DNA of 64,000 nt from Ignavibacteria bacterium (lineage in GTDB: Bacteria > Bacteroidota > Ignavibacteria > Kapaibacteriales > Kapaibacteriaceae), in NCBI GenBank assembly GCA_947458785.1, contig CANGZU010000002.1:1770-65769 (forward strand), given 5' to 3'. Below, piece after piece: positions 35,764-45,614 of the stretch. Both the position numbers and the translations under genes were made by a program. The notes beneath the pieces are model-generated. The model was given only the letters and a program-made list of their open reading frames with translations. It was not told the DNA's origin and did no database searches. Each line of letters starts with the position of its first letter. Position 1 is the first letter of the stretch.

Positions 35764-38343
35764 ATGAGTACCACTATGATGTACACCACACTTCGAACCT
35801 TGGCTTCTTTTGCGATCGTCTGCATCAGCACGCTTGCCGTCTATGCGCAAGTATCGATCGATACACGCACGCTCTTTGTACCATACGAAGCGGCTGGTAA
35901 ACAAGAGACCGCGCAGCAGACAGGATTCTTGCGCACAACGTTGCTTTCGCACTCGGTTGCCAAGAATGTGTTTGAGCAGTACAGCAAGACTGTTGAACTC
36001 AAGAACTTTCCGCTCCCGGGTAACCAGGATGCTACGCTGCAGCTTGAACTTGCGCGCCCTGTGGTGGATGCCAATACGGAGTTCTACACGCACACAAAAG
36101 CTGGTAAGGTCCCGATGAAGGTGCGTCCGGTTGTTTCGTATTGGGGCAAGGTGCAAGGCGACCCGAACTCAATGGTGTCGGTGCACTATAGCGAGGGAAG
36201 CATCACAGGATTCGTGCAGCAGTCAAGCGGACAGCGCACGATCATCGGTCGTGACTTCTCTGGTTCGCGCACGCTTGGCTCTACGCCGCACGTTATTGGT
36301 GACGAAGCAACAATGTTCGGTGTAGATCCGATCACACGCTTTGTTTGTGGTAGCGAATCGATGCAGATCAATCAAGACGACATGGCACGGAAAATGTCCA
36401 TGCCTGCAACGGTGAAGGGGGCTGAAGGCACGCAGGCAGAAGATCTGCGCGAATTCAAGATCGCTGTTGTTCTCCGTGAGGACATCGACAGCGTTATGAA
36501 GCGTCGTGGTGAGACTGACGAAGAAGTCGTACAGTACTTTATCAAGGTCGTTGCAGCCATGGCGCAGGTTTATGCTCAAGAGCTCAACGTGCACCTTTAC
36601 ATGGGCTATTTCGAGAAGTATACGCAAGACGAGCCGTCTGGATATTTCTATGACGGACGCCAGCCGGGTGAGCTGCTCGAAGAGTTCTCAAGCGACTGGT
36701 CGCGTCGAATGAATAATGTTGACCGTGTTACCGCTCACCTCTATGCGCTCATCCGTCCTGTAGGTGGCTCTTTCGTAGGAGGCATTGCCTACCTTGACCA
36801 ACTCTGTAACAAGAAGAACAAAGGCGGCTATGGAGTAAGCACGGTGTATGTCAACGCAAACGACATCCCTGGTGATCCGAACCGCTCGAATGCATTTGTA
36901 TGGGACGTGTTTGTTGCCGCCCACGAGATGGGACATAACATTGGTTCGCCGCACACGCACAACTGCTTCTGGAATCCACCAGTCGATACATGTCAGCTGT
37001 CGTACGCCATCGATGGAACCGACGGATGTTTCTCAGACCGTGCGCTCAAGAAGGTTGTCCCGGGTACGATCATGAGCTATTGTCACCTTGAAAACGGTAG
37101 CCGCACGCCCCTTACCTTCGGAACACGTGTAGCAGAGCGCATGCGTACGTGGATCAAGGCATCTCCGTGTGCAGTGCCTGTGGCAACGCCGCTGGTATCG
37201 CTTACGGAACCACGTGGTACAGACTCGTATCAGCCAAACGAGAAGATGTCTATTCGCTGGGCTTCGTCACGTGTAAGCGCAATCAACATCGCATGGGGCC
37301 AGTCGGTGTCCGGCCCATGGACATCAATTGCAAGTAATGTAAATGCAGATGACCTGCTGTATACCTGGACAGTCCCTGCTCTTCCCGTTTCAGATTTCTG
37401 GATTCGTATCGAAGACGCATCAAACTCGAACGTTAATGACACATCGCTTGCTCGCTACCGTATGAGCGTTCCTGTTGTACTTGACGCGCCAAAGGGCGGC
37501 GAGCGCATTGGTGCTGGATCGACATTCACTATCAGGTGGACAAAGTCTGCAGGGGTTGGTAACTGCAAAGTTGAGTATTCGGCTGATGGCGGAACAACGT
37601 ATGAGGTTCTTGCGGCATCTGTTGCTGCTAACACGTTTGCATGGACTGTGCCTACCACGGCTACCGAAACAGCGCGTATTCGCGTAACGGCGATCAGCAG
37701 TCCGTCTGTGCCAGCAACGAGCGGGCTCTTCGCAATTGGTCAGCGTCGTTTCGCACTTGAGATCCCGGTTGCAGGCGGAAAGATCTGTAAGAATCAGCCG
37801 AACCAGTACCGTTGGAGTGCTGATTTCGTTCAGTCGATCAAGATTCAATACACAACAGACAATGGTGCAAACTGGCGCACGGCAACGCAGCAGTCGACAA
37901 TCGATCCAGTGTTGTGGCAGGTTTTCAGCCGCAACGTCAACATGAACAATCTGGTCGTTGGCTCAAAGGTTCAAGTGCGCGTTATCGATGCGAATACCGA
38001 TGAAGTTCTCGACACGAAGTCAGACATCACGATTGACTCGTGCGCATCGCCAGTTTCGGTTGATGAACTTGCTGGTGAAACTCCATTTGCCGTGACAATG
38101 GTCACGCCAAATCCGGCAACTACGTCGGTAAAGGTTGCAGTATCCAGTGAACGCGAGTTTGTTGGAATGGTTTCGTTGCTTTCCATGGATGGTCGTGAGA
38201 TCCTGCTTGTTGCAGATCAGCGCATCAATGCTGGAACCCAAACAATCGAGCTGCCGTTGTCGGACGTCGCTGGTGGAAGCTACCGCATCGTTATCCGAAA
38301 CGGAAATGCTCAGGTTGCCGCTCCACTGATGATTGTTCGTTAA
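35764..38343 (+). CDS. Secreted zinc metalloprotease (metzincin, reprolysin/M12B-like) with Ig-like repeats and a T9SS C-terminal sorting domain
   Basis: Signal peptide (start ATG 35764). HEMGHNIGSPH zinc motif (HExxHxxGxxH). C-terminal CTD (VTPNPATTSVKVAVSS...GGSYRIVIRNG). Confidence 0.8.
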   Translation: MSTTMMYTTLRTLASFAIVCISTLAVYAQVSIDTRTLFVPYEAAGKQETAQQTGFLRTTLLSHSVAKNVFEQYSKTVELKNFPLPGNQDATLQLELARPVVDANTEFYTHTKAGKVPMKVRPVVSYWGKVQGDPNSMVSVHYSEGSITGFVQQSSGQRTIIGRDFSGSRTLGSTPHVIGDEATMFGVDPITRFVCGSESMQINQDDMARKMSMPATVKGAEGTQAEDLREFKIAVVLREDIDSVMKRRGETDEEVVQYFIKVVAAMAQVYAQELNVHLYMGYFEKYTQDEPSGYFYDGRQPGELLEEFSSDWSRRMNNVDRVTAHLYALIRPVGGSFVGGIAYLDQLCNKKNKGGYGVSTVYVNANDIPGDPNRSNAFVWDVFVAAHEMGHNIGSPHTHNCFWNPPVDTCQLSYAIDGTDGCFSDRALKKVVPGTIMSYCHLENGSRTPLTFGTRVAERMRTWIKASPCAVPVATPLVSLTEPRGTDSYQPNEKMSIRWASSRVSAINIAWGQSVSGPWTSIASNVNADDLLYTWTVPALPVSDFWIRIEDASNSNVNDTSLARYRMSVPVVLDAPKGGERIGAGSTFTIRWTKSAGVGNCKVEYSADGGTTYEVLAASVAANTFAWTVPTTATETARIRVTAISSPSVPATSGLFAIGQRRFALEIPVAGGKICKNQPNQYRWSADFVQSIKIQYTTDNGANWRTATQQSTIDPVLWQVFSRNVNMNNLVVGSKVQVRVIDANTDEVLDTKSDITIDSCASPVSVDELAGETPFAVTMVTPNPATTSVKVAVSSEREFVGMVSLLSMDGREILLVADQRINAGTQTIELPLSDVAGGSYRIVIRNGNAQVAAPLMIVR

Positions 38344-38357
38344 CCTGGATACCTACT

Positions 38358-39260
38358 GTGAGTCTGTTCAATAAGCTAGTAGTGGCAACACTACCAGCCA
38401 TACCAAAGAGTATTGTCAAGGTCGTGGCCCAGCGCTATATCGCTGGCGATAAGCTTTCCGATGCTGTGCGTGCAACACAACAGCTGATGCAGAAGGGGGC
38501 TTGCTCGACAATCGATGTGTTAGGTGAGTTTGTCACCACACGAGAGCGTGCCGTTTCTGAGACCGCTGCCCAGTCGGCAGTGATCGATGCGATCGATAAG
38601 CACAAGCTGCATTCCTATCTATCGGTCAAGCCTACGTCACTTGGTCTGGACGTCGACAAGGACTTTGCCTACGAGAATCTGACGTCGCTTGTCAAGAAGG
38701 CCAAGGACAGGGGGCTCTTTGTTCGCATGGACATGGAGAACACACCATATACGGACATCACTCTTGAGTTCTATAAGCGTCTCCGTGCCGATGGTTACGA
38801 TAACGTGGGCGTTGTGATCCAGGCCTACCTCAAGCGTTCAGAGGCAGACATACGCATGCTCCTCGAGTATGCACCATCAGTGCGCCTTTGCAAGGGCATC
38901 TACGTCGAGAGTGCCGAGGTTGCAATCAAGGATCCAGACGGGATTCGCGGCAACTATAAGAAGCTGCTCAACATCTTGCTTACCTCGAGTGCGCGCGTGC
39001 ACATTGCCACACATGATGAGCAGCTGATTGTTGATGCAGAGCGCCAAGTAGCCCAGCATCGTCCAAGCGGTAAAGATGTTGAGTTTCAAATGCTGCTGGG
39101 CGTGCGTGAAGATCGCCGGGATGCATTGCTTAAGGCTGGTCACAAGGTACGTATCTACGTGCCTTTCGGAGACGATTGGTATGGCTACTCAACACGCCGC
39201 TTGAAGGAGAATCCACAAGTCGCTGGTTACGTAGCCAAGGCGTTCTTAACAGGGAAGTAA
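38358..39260 (+). CDS. Proline dehydrogenase family protein (monofunctional PRODH)
   Basis: ~300 aa TIM-barrel PRODH pattern: RMDMENTPYTD, VVIQAYLKRS, RLCKGIY, ATHDE, YVPFG.DWYGYSTRRLKENP. GTG start. Confidence 0.8.
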   Translation: MSLFNKLVVATLPAIPKSIVKVVAQRYIAGDKLSDAVRATQQLMQKGACSTIDVLGEFVTTRERAVSETAAQSAVIDAIDKHKLHSYLSVKPTSLGLDVDKDFAYENLTSLVKKAKDRGLFVRMDMENTPYTDITLEFYKRLRADGYDNVGVVIQAYLKRSEADIRMLLEYAPSVRLCKGIYVESAEVAIKDPDGIRGNYKKLLNILLTSSARVHIATHDEQLIVDAERQVAQHRPSGKDVEFQMLLGVREDRRDALLKAGHKVRIYVPFGDDWYGYSTRRLKENPQVAGYVAKAFLTGK

Positions 39261-39264
39261 GTAC

Positions 39265-40155
39265 ATGAGCATCATACGTGCATTCCGCCTGCTGGTGGCC
39301 AGTGCCGCCATCAGCGTAGCGCTTGTTGGATGCCAGTCTGCGCGCGTTCAGGATCCCAACATCGTAACGATTGGTACCTTCAACATCGAGTGGCTTGGCG
39401 ATGGCAACGATGATCTCAAACCTCGTGGAGAAGATGACTATCGCTTGATTGCCGATGTTATTGAGCGAACAAGCGCCGATGTCCTCGGAGTGCAGGAAGT
39501 TGAAAGCCAGGCCGCGCTTGATCGAGTGCTGAAGTATCTGCCTAACTACAAAGGCACGATCTACAACGCCGGAATCCAGCAGAACGTGGGTGTTGTCTAC
39601 AAGCCCTCTGCTATCACGGTTACGCCGGTCGGACCCTACATGCCCCTTACCTTAGATCGCACAAGAATGCGGCCGGGGTACGTTGTCCACTGCAAAAAGG
39701 GAGATCTAGATTGGACAATGATGGTGGTGCATTTGAAGAGCACATCGCGTATGGACAGCACCGATGCCCTGCGCGAGGAGTCTCGCTTGATACGGGGCAA
39801 GCAGGTTGCGATGCTGCGTTCGTGGAGTGATTCAGTTGTCAAGTCTACAGATGAGAAGAACGTAGTGATCGTTGGTGACTTCAACGACTTTACAGGACGC
39901 AGGGGTGAGCAGGCAACGTTAACCCCTCTGATTAACAGCACTGAGATGTCTTTTTTGACGGGATCTCTAAAGAGCTGTAAGAACCCTAACTGGTACGTCA
40001 TCGATCATGTTGTGGTTTCGCGTTCGATGAAGGACAGAATGATGGTATCCAGCGAGCGGGTAGAAGACCCGAAGGCGTTTATCTCTGAGAAGGCTGCTGG
40101 CGCTGTAAGCGACCACTGTCCGGTTGTGGTACAGTTCCTTACGCGAACACCGTGA
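39265..40155 (+). CDS. Endonuclease/exonuclease/phosphatase (EEP) family lipoprotein
   Basis: Lipobox LVGCQS. EEP motifs FNIEWLG, VLGVQEV, GDFND, SDHCPV. Confidence 0.8.
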   Translation: MSIIRAFRLLVASAAISVALVGCQSARVQDPNIVTIGTFNIEWLGDGNDDLKPRGEDDYRLIADVIERTSADVLGVQEVESQAALDRVLKYLPNYKGTIYNAGIQQNVGVVYKPSAITVTPVGPYMPLTLDRTRMRPGYVVHCKKGDLDWTMMVVHLKSTSRMDSTDALREESRLIRGKQVAMLRSWSDSVVKSTDEKNVVIVGDFNDFTGRRGEQATLTPLINSTEMSFLTGSLKSCKNPNWYVIDHVVVSRSMKDRMMVSSERVEDPKAFISEKAAGAVSDHCPVVVQFLTRTP

Positions 40156-42559
40156 CCTTATTGCCAGACTTCTTACTTACGCCCAGTGCTGCTTGAGCGT
40201 GTGCAATGACGTCGTCCCAATTGTCACGTGGTTCTGCCTGTGCGATACCGATTGATACCGTAAACGACAAGCGCTTACCCTGCACGTCGACCGGCGAGCT
40301 TGCCACTTCGCGGCGCATCGTCTCGGCCCAGTTCTGAGCCTCTTGCAGCTTATAGCCACCGAGAGCAAGAGCTATCTGATACTCATCAACGCGCGCTACA
40401 ACATCATATTCACGAAGCTGTTCCTTGATCAGCTTAAGCACGTGCAACACAGCATGTTCTCGTTGTTCTGCAGATGTACGTGATGGATCAAGCTCAACGA
40501 CGCACAACGTAAGAGGTGCGTTGTAGTCAACAGCCCTGGCGAATTCTTCTCGAACGCGCATCTCAAATCCCGAGGCATTGAGAACGCCAGTCGATGCATC
40601 AAGGAGCGCATTGTGTTGCAGTGCTGTTGCTCGGTGAATCTGTTCAAAGAGAGAACCGATATGTTCGCCTAGAGCTTCAGCAAGTGCGATGTCTTGCTGC
40701 GAGAGGCTTGACTCGAGATTCTCCATGAACAGAGCGCCGAACGACTCCGTTGTTGTTGCCAGAGGAACGGCAACAAACTGACCTCCGTCAAGGGGCGGCT
40801 CTCCGGAGAAAATGCGAACAGCTGAACCATCGTCGGTGGCCACTACAGAGGAAGCAGACTGGATGGCCTGACCTACAAGAGAACGAGTGAGATCTACTGC
40901 AGTTCCTACATGCCCCCTGTAGCCATCCTCCATTGCCGAACGCGCATCGGTAAGGGTCCACGTGCGCTGCGATGGATCAAAACTCACCACGCCGATGCGG
41001 CTGATGTCCATGTATTGGATAAGGGTGCCGAACATAGCCTTGATCACTAGCTGCAGCGTTGGTTCACCAGAGCCGAGCGCCGTGCGGAAGTGTCGCAGCG
41101 CTTCGAGCGTTGTATTGGCGTGCAGGAGGTCGTACTTCGATGTGTAGGAGGAGACCAGTCCTGAGATCAGCTTGGTGAACTGACCAAAGAAACCAACGGT
41201 GATATCGGAGTAGGCGTCCTCAACCAGTGAGTCGGCAAACAGGATGCCCACGACATTGCCGCCGTAATAGACCGGTACGCCAATAAACGAAACGGTTCCA
41301 GCGGAGCGTTCGTAATAGGGCAGTAGTTCGAGTTCTGCACCGGAGCTGATTTGCGTGATGATTTCGGGGCGTCCTTCGCGTGCGATCTGACTGAGCGCAT
41401 CGATTCCCATTGGAATCTTTCGCTGCTGCGTAAACTCCGTCTCTGCCTCCGTAATCTTTGCTTCCACCACAAGTTGCTGACGTTCATGGTTAACCCACAG
41501 AAATGCCGCCGTTCGTGCATTCGTGGCAGAGCGGATAACCATCAGCACGCGATTGAGCAAGTAGTCGAACTCGCGACGCGGCTCTTGTGACGACATGTCT
41601 TCTTCGTCGACGTCGTTTACAAATGTCGACAGCGACACGACTGGTGATCTGCGCGATGTTTCCCGTGGCTGTGTGCTTGCGACTGCTGGAGCCGGTTCTT
41701 GCGAGTACACAATATCCGGTTCTACCGAAGCTTCTGCCTCGATGATCTCCGATGTGATCTCGACATCTTCTTCGACAGCCTCATCAATGATCACCATGCG
41801 GGGAGTTTCTGTGATCGCTGACTCGATGCGCTCTTCCTGATCTGCTGGAACGACATTCTCTGGCGCTTGTTCAGAAGGTGTCGCAGATGTTGACTCACTC
41901 TGCTGCTGCACGGGGCGGGCAGGACGGATGACAATATCCTCAGAGAGTTGTATCTCCTCAGTGATAGGCCCGTCGATCAGAGACGCACGAGCTGCCTGGC
42001 GCATTTCACTCACCAGCTTAGGGGGCTCGGCCTTGCTTGGCGTCAGGTTCTTTACACCAACGATACGCACGCTTGATTCGCTGTCAGATGCAAGATCGAC
42101 GCCCAATGGTGGCAGATGCGCTGGAACCTGCGTCTGTGGTGTCGGCGCTGAGCGCGACATCACACGAGGTGTTGATGGCTGTTGCTCTTCGAAGAGATTT
42201 GTTTGCCGTTCATCAATGAATGGCACTTCGTCCGAATCTGCTTGGCCAAACGACTCACGGTAGGCATCTGGATCGAATGTCTGAGACTTCTTTGCAGAAT
42301 CCTGTGTGGTTCGCGACGATAGGTCTGGCGTGGAAGAGGGTCTGATTGGAGTTATGATTTGCAGATCTGTCAGGCGCGGAGATACCATCATGAACAGTGC
42401 CACACCGCCGAGAATCGCGATGCAGATTCCGATGAGCCGCACAGCGAGATTGTCGCCGGGTGCAATCAGAGCAATAACAAGACCTATGCCGATTGCGATA
42501 AAGGCAACGGCATCACTTGGCTGGAAAACTTTGAGGAGATCGACTTTCTTTTTTGGCAT
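40139..42559 (-). CDS. Membrane-anchored GAF-domain protein with a degenerate GGDEF domain
   Basis: Two N-terminal TM helices and a ~280 aa acidic low-complexity linker. Two GAF-like regions follow. The C-terminal GGDEF-like fold (GVLNASGF...VVELD...ARVDEYQIALAL...SIGIAQA...AQAALGVSKKSGNKV) has VDEY in place of GGDEF. Confidence 0.7.
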   Translation of the reverse strand: MPKKKVDLLKVFQPSDAVAFIAIGIGLVIALIAPGDNLAVRLIGICIAILGGVALFMMVSPRLTDLQIITPIRPSSTPDLSSRTTQDSAKKSQTFDPDAYRESFGQADSDEVPFIDERQTNLFEEQQPSTPRVMSRSAPTPQTQVPAHLPPLGVDLASDSESSVRIVGVKNLTPSKAEPPKLVSEMRQAARASLIDGPITEEIQLSEDIVIRPARPVQQQSESTSATPSEQAPENVVPADQEERIESAITETPRMVIIDEAVEEDVEITSEIIEAEASVEPDIVYSQEPAPAVASTQPRETSRRSPVVSLSTFVNDVDEEDMSSQEPRREFDYLLNRVLMVIRSATNARTAAFLWVNHERQQLVVEAKITEAETEFTQQRKIPMGIDALSQIAREGRPEIITQISSGAELELLPYYERSAGTVSFIGVPVYYGGNVVGILFADSLVEDAYSDITVGFFGQFTKLISGLVSSYTSKYDLLHANTTLEALRHFRTALGSGEPTLQLVIKAMFGTLIQYMDISRIGVVSFDPSQRTWTLTDARSAMEDGYRGHVGTAVDLTRSLVGQAIQSASSVVATDDGSAVRIFSGEPPLDGGQFVAVPLATTTESFGALFMENLESSLSQQDIALAEALGEHIGSLFEQIHRATALQHNALLDASTGVLNASGFEMRVREEFARAVDYNAPLTLCVVELDPSRTSAEQREHAVLHVLKLIKEQLREYDVVARVDEYQIALALGGYKLQEAQNWAETMRREVASSPVDVQGKRLSFTVSIGIAQAEPRDNWDDVIAHAQAALGVSKKSGNKVTVFA

Positions 42560-42574
42560 CTGTGCTGATCCATC

Positions 42575-43549
42575 TCACCATTGGTACTGACCTAGAAGCT
42601 TCCACTGCAGTGTTGTTGTTGTATTCTGCGTGAACGGTTCGCGTCCGGCAACCAACTGGAGAGTACCTTTTGCAATCGATGTGTACTCATTGATCGTGCC
42701 GGCTGTTGAGAGAAGCAGAGTATTGTTCGTAGTTAGTGATCCCGAAACCACACTGGCCAATTCTGGGATGTTGTAGGTATGAACCACCTGACCGGGAGAA
42801 GCGGTCAGCGTATCCTGGGTAATGATGTGGTACAAGCCCCCTTCGTAGGCTGCAAGCCGTGATCGCACGGTGCCGGAATATTGTGTCCCGTCGATACGCA
42901 ATGCCAGCTGATGCTTCCATGTTGAGTCGACGGCTTTCCGCAAGCCAGGTATTATTCGTTTTTGCAAGTCTCCAACATGGAGGAGATTCTCGCGAGAGAG
43001 CGATTGCGTCCAAATGGTGTAGAGCACCGTGTCGAGATCAGAGGCGTTCTGCTCGAGATACTCTCTCCAAAAGTCGATCTGTTCTCCAGTAATACTGGTA
43101 ACCTCTCCATAGGGAGAATACGTGAGCTCAAATGAGCGGTTCAAGGGGCCGATATAGTTATTCAGATCGGCAAAGTTCTTCGGAGTGATGTCCTTCTGTG
43201 AATCGTAGGTGATCTCCTTACCCTCGGATGTGAATTTGTACAGGAGGGAATCCAGATTCACGACAACCTTTGAGATACCATCAAGAGCTTCGATACAGCG
43301 AACCGTTACAAAGTAGGTCGCCGTGCGCGAGTAGGTTGTCTTGGACGAATCTCGGAAAACGCGTTCAACAGAGGTCTGCTCGACAAACTCATAGCTCTGA
43401 GCAATACTGGCACGATAGAGTGTCTGAAGTTTGTATTCACGTCCTGGCGGCGCAGATAGCTGCTGTTGCTGTGCCGTGCCATACGTTGCCATGAGAGCGC
43501 TTAACGCAGCGAATGCAAGGACAAAACGGAGTGTATGCATAGAGGTCAT
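42575..43549 (-). CDS. Hypothetical secreted protein
   Basis: Signal peptide MTSMHTLRFVLAFAALSALMATYGTAQ, 324 aa, no recognised family. It lies 15 nt upstream of the GAF/GGDEF-like gene. Confidence 0.55.
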   Translation of the reverse strand: MTSMHTLRFVLAFAALSALMATYGTAQQQQLSAPPGREYKLQTLYRASIAQSYEFVEQTSVERVFRDSSKTTYSRTATYFVTVRCIEALDGISKVVVNLDSLLYKFTSEGKEITYDSQKDITPKNFADLNNYIGPLNRSFELTYSPYGEVTSITGEQIDFWREYLEQNASDLDTVLYTIWTQSLSRENLLHVGDLQKRIIPGLRKAVDSTWKHQLALRIDGTQYSGTVRSRLAAYEGGLYHIITQDTLTASPGQVVHTYNIPELASVVSGSLTTNNTLLLSTAGTINEYTSIAKGTLQLVAGREPFTQNTTTTLQWKLLGQYQW

Positions 43550-43574
43550 GTCGTGAATCTACCACAATTCAGTA

Positions 43575-43608
43575 AGAAACGCCACGAGGGCGGATGGCCG
43601 CCCTCGTG
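43575..43608 (-). terminator. Probable intrinsic terminator or attenuator downstream of ndk
   Basis: 11-bp GC-rich stem cacgagggcgg / ccgccctcgtg with loop atgg. On the minus strand it is followed by GCGUUUCUUACU. Confidence 0.55.
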
Positions 43609-43643
43609 AGGATAGTAGACGCTATTCGTAAGCAGTTCGTGCC

Positions 43644-44066
43644 TTAGGCGTTGTTGATCAGTTCACTTTCTGAGAAGAAAAAGCCAACTTCACGGAGGCC
43701 GTTTTCAACACTGTCGGAACCGTGAACAGCGTTCTCGCCCTTGCTTGTTGCATAATTCTTGCGAATTGTTCCTTCTGCAGCTTCAGCTGGGTCTGTTGCG
43801 CCGATGAGGGCACGCCAGTCAGCGATGGCATTTTCCTTTTCAAGAGCGATCGGTACAATAGCGCCGCTCGACATGAAGTTGACGAGCTCACCGTAAAACG
43901 GACGCTCCTTGTGTACTTCATAAAACGCGCCAGCAACTTCTGGTGAGATCTTCGTGAGCTTCATGCCCAAAATGCGGAATCCTGCCGCTTGGATCATGGC
44001 TACGATGTTGCCAACGTTGTTCAGACGAACTGCATCCGGCTTGATGATACAGAGTGTACGTTCCAT
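43644..44066 (-). CDS. ndk: Nucleoside-diphosphate kinase
   Basis: [13 protein letters not shown]...NAVHGSDS. The start ATG at 44066 is preceded by AGGAGA. The longer ORF-track start is rejected. Confidence 0.9.
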   Translation of the reverse strand: MERTLCIIKPDAVRLNNVGNIVAMIQAAGFRILGMKLTKISPEVAGAFYEVHKERPFYGELVNFMSSGAIVPIALEKENAIADWRALIGATDPAEAAEGTIRKNYATSKGENAVHGSDSVENGLREVGFFFSESELINNA

Positions 44067-44086
44067 GGTGGGTCTCCTGATATTCT

Positions 44087-44174
44087 GGGGCACGATGTAT
44101 CGTGCCTGTTTTCGTCAATGGGGCACGATGTATCGTGCCTGTTTTCGTCAATGGGGCACGATGTATCGTGCCCC
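44087..44174. repeat. Tandem repeat, 2.6 copies of a 33-bp unit, each carrying the near-perfect palindrome GGCACGAT-GT-ATCGTGCC
   Basis: ggggcacgatgtatcgtgcctgttttcgtcaat occurs at 44087-44119 and 44120-44152, with a partial copy ggggcacgatgtatcgtgcccc at 44153-44174. The array fills the sucD-ndk intergenic region. Confidence 0.95.
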
Positions 44175-44185
44175 TGAGGTCGGTG

Positions 44186-45118
44186 TTACTTCTTCTTGGT
44201 CTTTGCTGCTGGCTTGTGGGCGTCGAGGACGTTCTTCATGGTAATACCAATTGATGCTGGTGATTCTACCACGTGGATGCCGCATGCCTTCATTGTGGCC
44301 ATCTTATCTGCTGCTGTGCCCTTGCCCCCTGAAATGATGGCACCGGCGTGACCCATCCGACGTCCCGGAGGTGCGGTTTGGCCAGCAATGAAGCCAACAA
44401 CAGGCTTTGTGACGTGCTTCTTGATATACTCTGCGGCCTCTTCTTCCGCGTTCCCGCCGATTTCGCCGATCATCACGATGGCCTTTGTTTCAGGGTCTTC
44501 GTTGAACAGCTTGATCGCATCGATAAAGCGAGTACCAATGATCGGGTCGCCGCCAATACCGATACAGGTTGTTTGACCAAGGCCTACATCAGAGAGCTGT
44601 CGAACGGCTTCGTAGGTAAGTGTTCCAGAGCGCGATACCAGGCCAATCGGGCCACCTGGGGTAAAGATGAAGCCTGGCATGATACCGATCTTACACTCGC
44701 CCGGCGTGATGATGCCAGGGCAGTTTGGACCGATCAGACGCGTTGACGAATTCTGGAGTGCGGCTTGCACAGGGATCATGTCCTTTACAGGGATGCCTTC
44801 TGTGATACAAACCACAACGTCCATGCCGCAGGCGATCGATTCAAGGATTGCATCAGCGGCCATTGGCGCTGGTACGAAGATGATTGAGACGTCGCAACCG
44901 CTTGCTTCGCGGGCTTCTGCAAGCGTATTGAACACCGGCACTGGGCGTGTGAACATGTCATCGCCCTTGCCAGAGTATAGCGAGCCACCCTTGCCTGGTG
45001 TAACGCCGGCGACGACGTTGGTGCCGTAGGCAAGCATCTGCGATGTGTGAAATGTTCCTTCGCCGCCGGTAATTCCCTGCACGACGATCTTGGAATCTTT
45101 ATTTACTAATACGCTCAT
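44186..45118 (-). CDS. sucD: Succinate--CoA ligase subunit alpha
   Basis: [23 protein letters not shown], and the phosphohistidine loop [15 protein letters not shown]. Confidence 0.92.
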   Translation of the reverse strand: MSVLVNKDSKIVVQGITGGEGTFHTSQMLAYGTNVVAGVTPGKGGSLYSGKGDDMFTRPVPVFNTLAEAREASGCDVSIIFVPAPMAADAILESIACGMDVVVCITEGIPVKDMIPVQAALQNSSTRLIGPNCPGIITPGECKIGIMPGFIFTPGGPIGLVSRSGTLTYEAVRQLSDVGLGQTTCIGIGGDPIIGTRFIDAIKLFNEDPETKAIVMIGEIGGNAEEEAAEYIKKHVTKPVVGFIAGQTAPPGRRMGHAGAIISGGKGTAADKMATMKACGIHVVESPASIGITMKNVLDAHKPAAKTKKK

Positions 45119-45185
45119 GTTGTTTTGTCCTGTAATTTCAAGAGCGCGAATTTACGGAAGTTCAAACATTCAGGAGGCGCATTCC

Positions 45186-45614
45186 ATGGTTGAAATTGCA
45201 ATAACATACGATGGGACGCTGCGATGCAGTGCCACGCATGACCCTTCGGGTACGGGGCTGATCACAGACGCCCCAGTCGATAACCAGGGCAAAGGGGAGA
45301 GCTTCTCTCCTACGGACCTCTTGGCAACGGCACTGGGAACCTGCATGATGACCTATATCGGGCTGCTTGCCGAACGTACCGGATGGGACGTTACGGGAAC
45401 CACGATGCGCGTGCAGAAGGAAATGGTTGCAGATCCGATCAGGCGAGTAGGGCGTCTTGTGGTTGACATACACATCCCTATTGAGCTTTCAGACAAGGAC
45501 CTGACCGTAGTTGAAAACACGGTAACCACGTGTCCTGTCAAGATGAGTATCTCGGACAGAATTCAGGTACCGATAACGGTAACGGGAAGGCCGGCTACCT
45601 GGAAGCCAGCGTAG
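45186..45614 (+). CDS. OsmC/Ohr family protein
   Basis: ~142 aa with FSPTDLLATALGTCMM and VTTCPV (the two conserved Cys regions). The start ATG at 45186 is preceded by AGGAGG. Confidence 0.8.
   Translation: MVEIAITYDGTLRCSATHDPSGTGLITDAPVDNQGKGESFSPTDLLATALGTCMMTYIGLLAERTGWDVTGTTMRVQKEMVADPIRRVGRLVVDIHIPIELSDKDLTVVENTVTTCPVKMSISDRIQVPITVTGRPATWKPA

Noticed and set aside
44087-44174. The 33-bp repeat array as a small CRISPR array
   Set aside because: The units are directly tandem with no unique spacers, there are only 2.6 copies, and no cas genes are in the window. It behaves as a tandem palindromic repeat.
43918-44244. ORFs 43918..44151 (-), 43954..44244 (+) and 43989..44177 (+), which have internally repeated peptides
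   Set aside because: The peptide repeats (for example [10 protein letters not shown] x2 and [11 protein letters not shown] x2) are just translations of the 33-bp DNA repeat, and the ORFs overlap ndk and sucD.
44186-45118. sucD without an adjacent sucC as an anomaly
   Set aside because: Gene order cannot be judged from one window, and sucC may be elsewhere. The sequence gives no sign that sucD is truncated or degraded.
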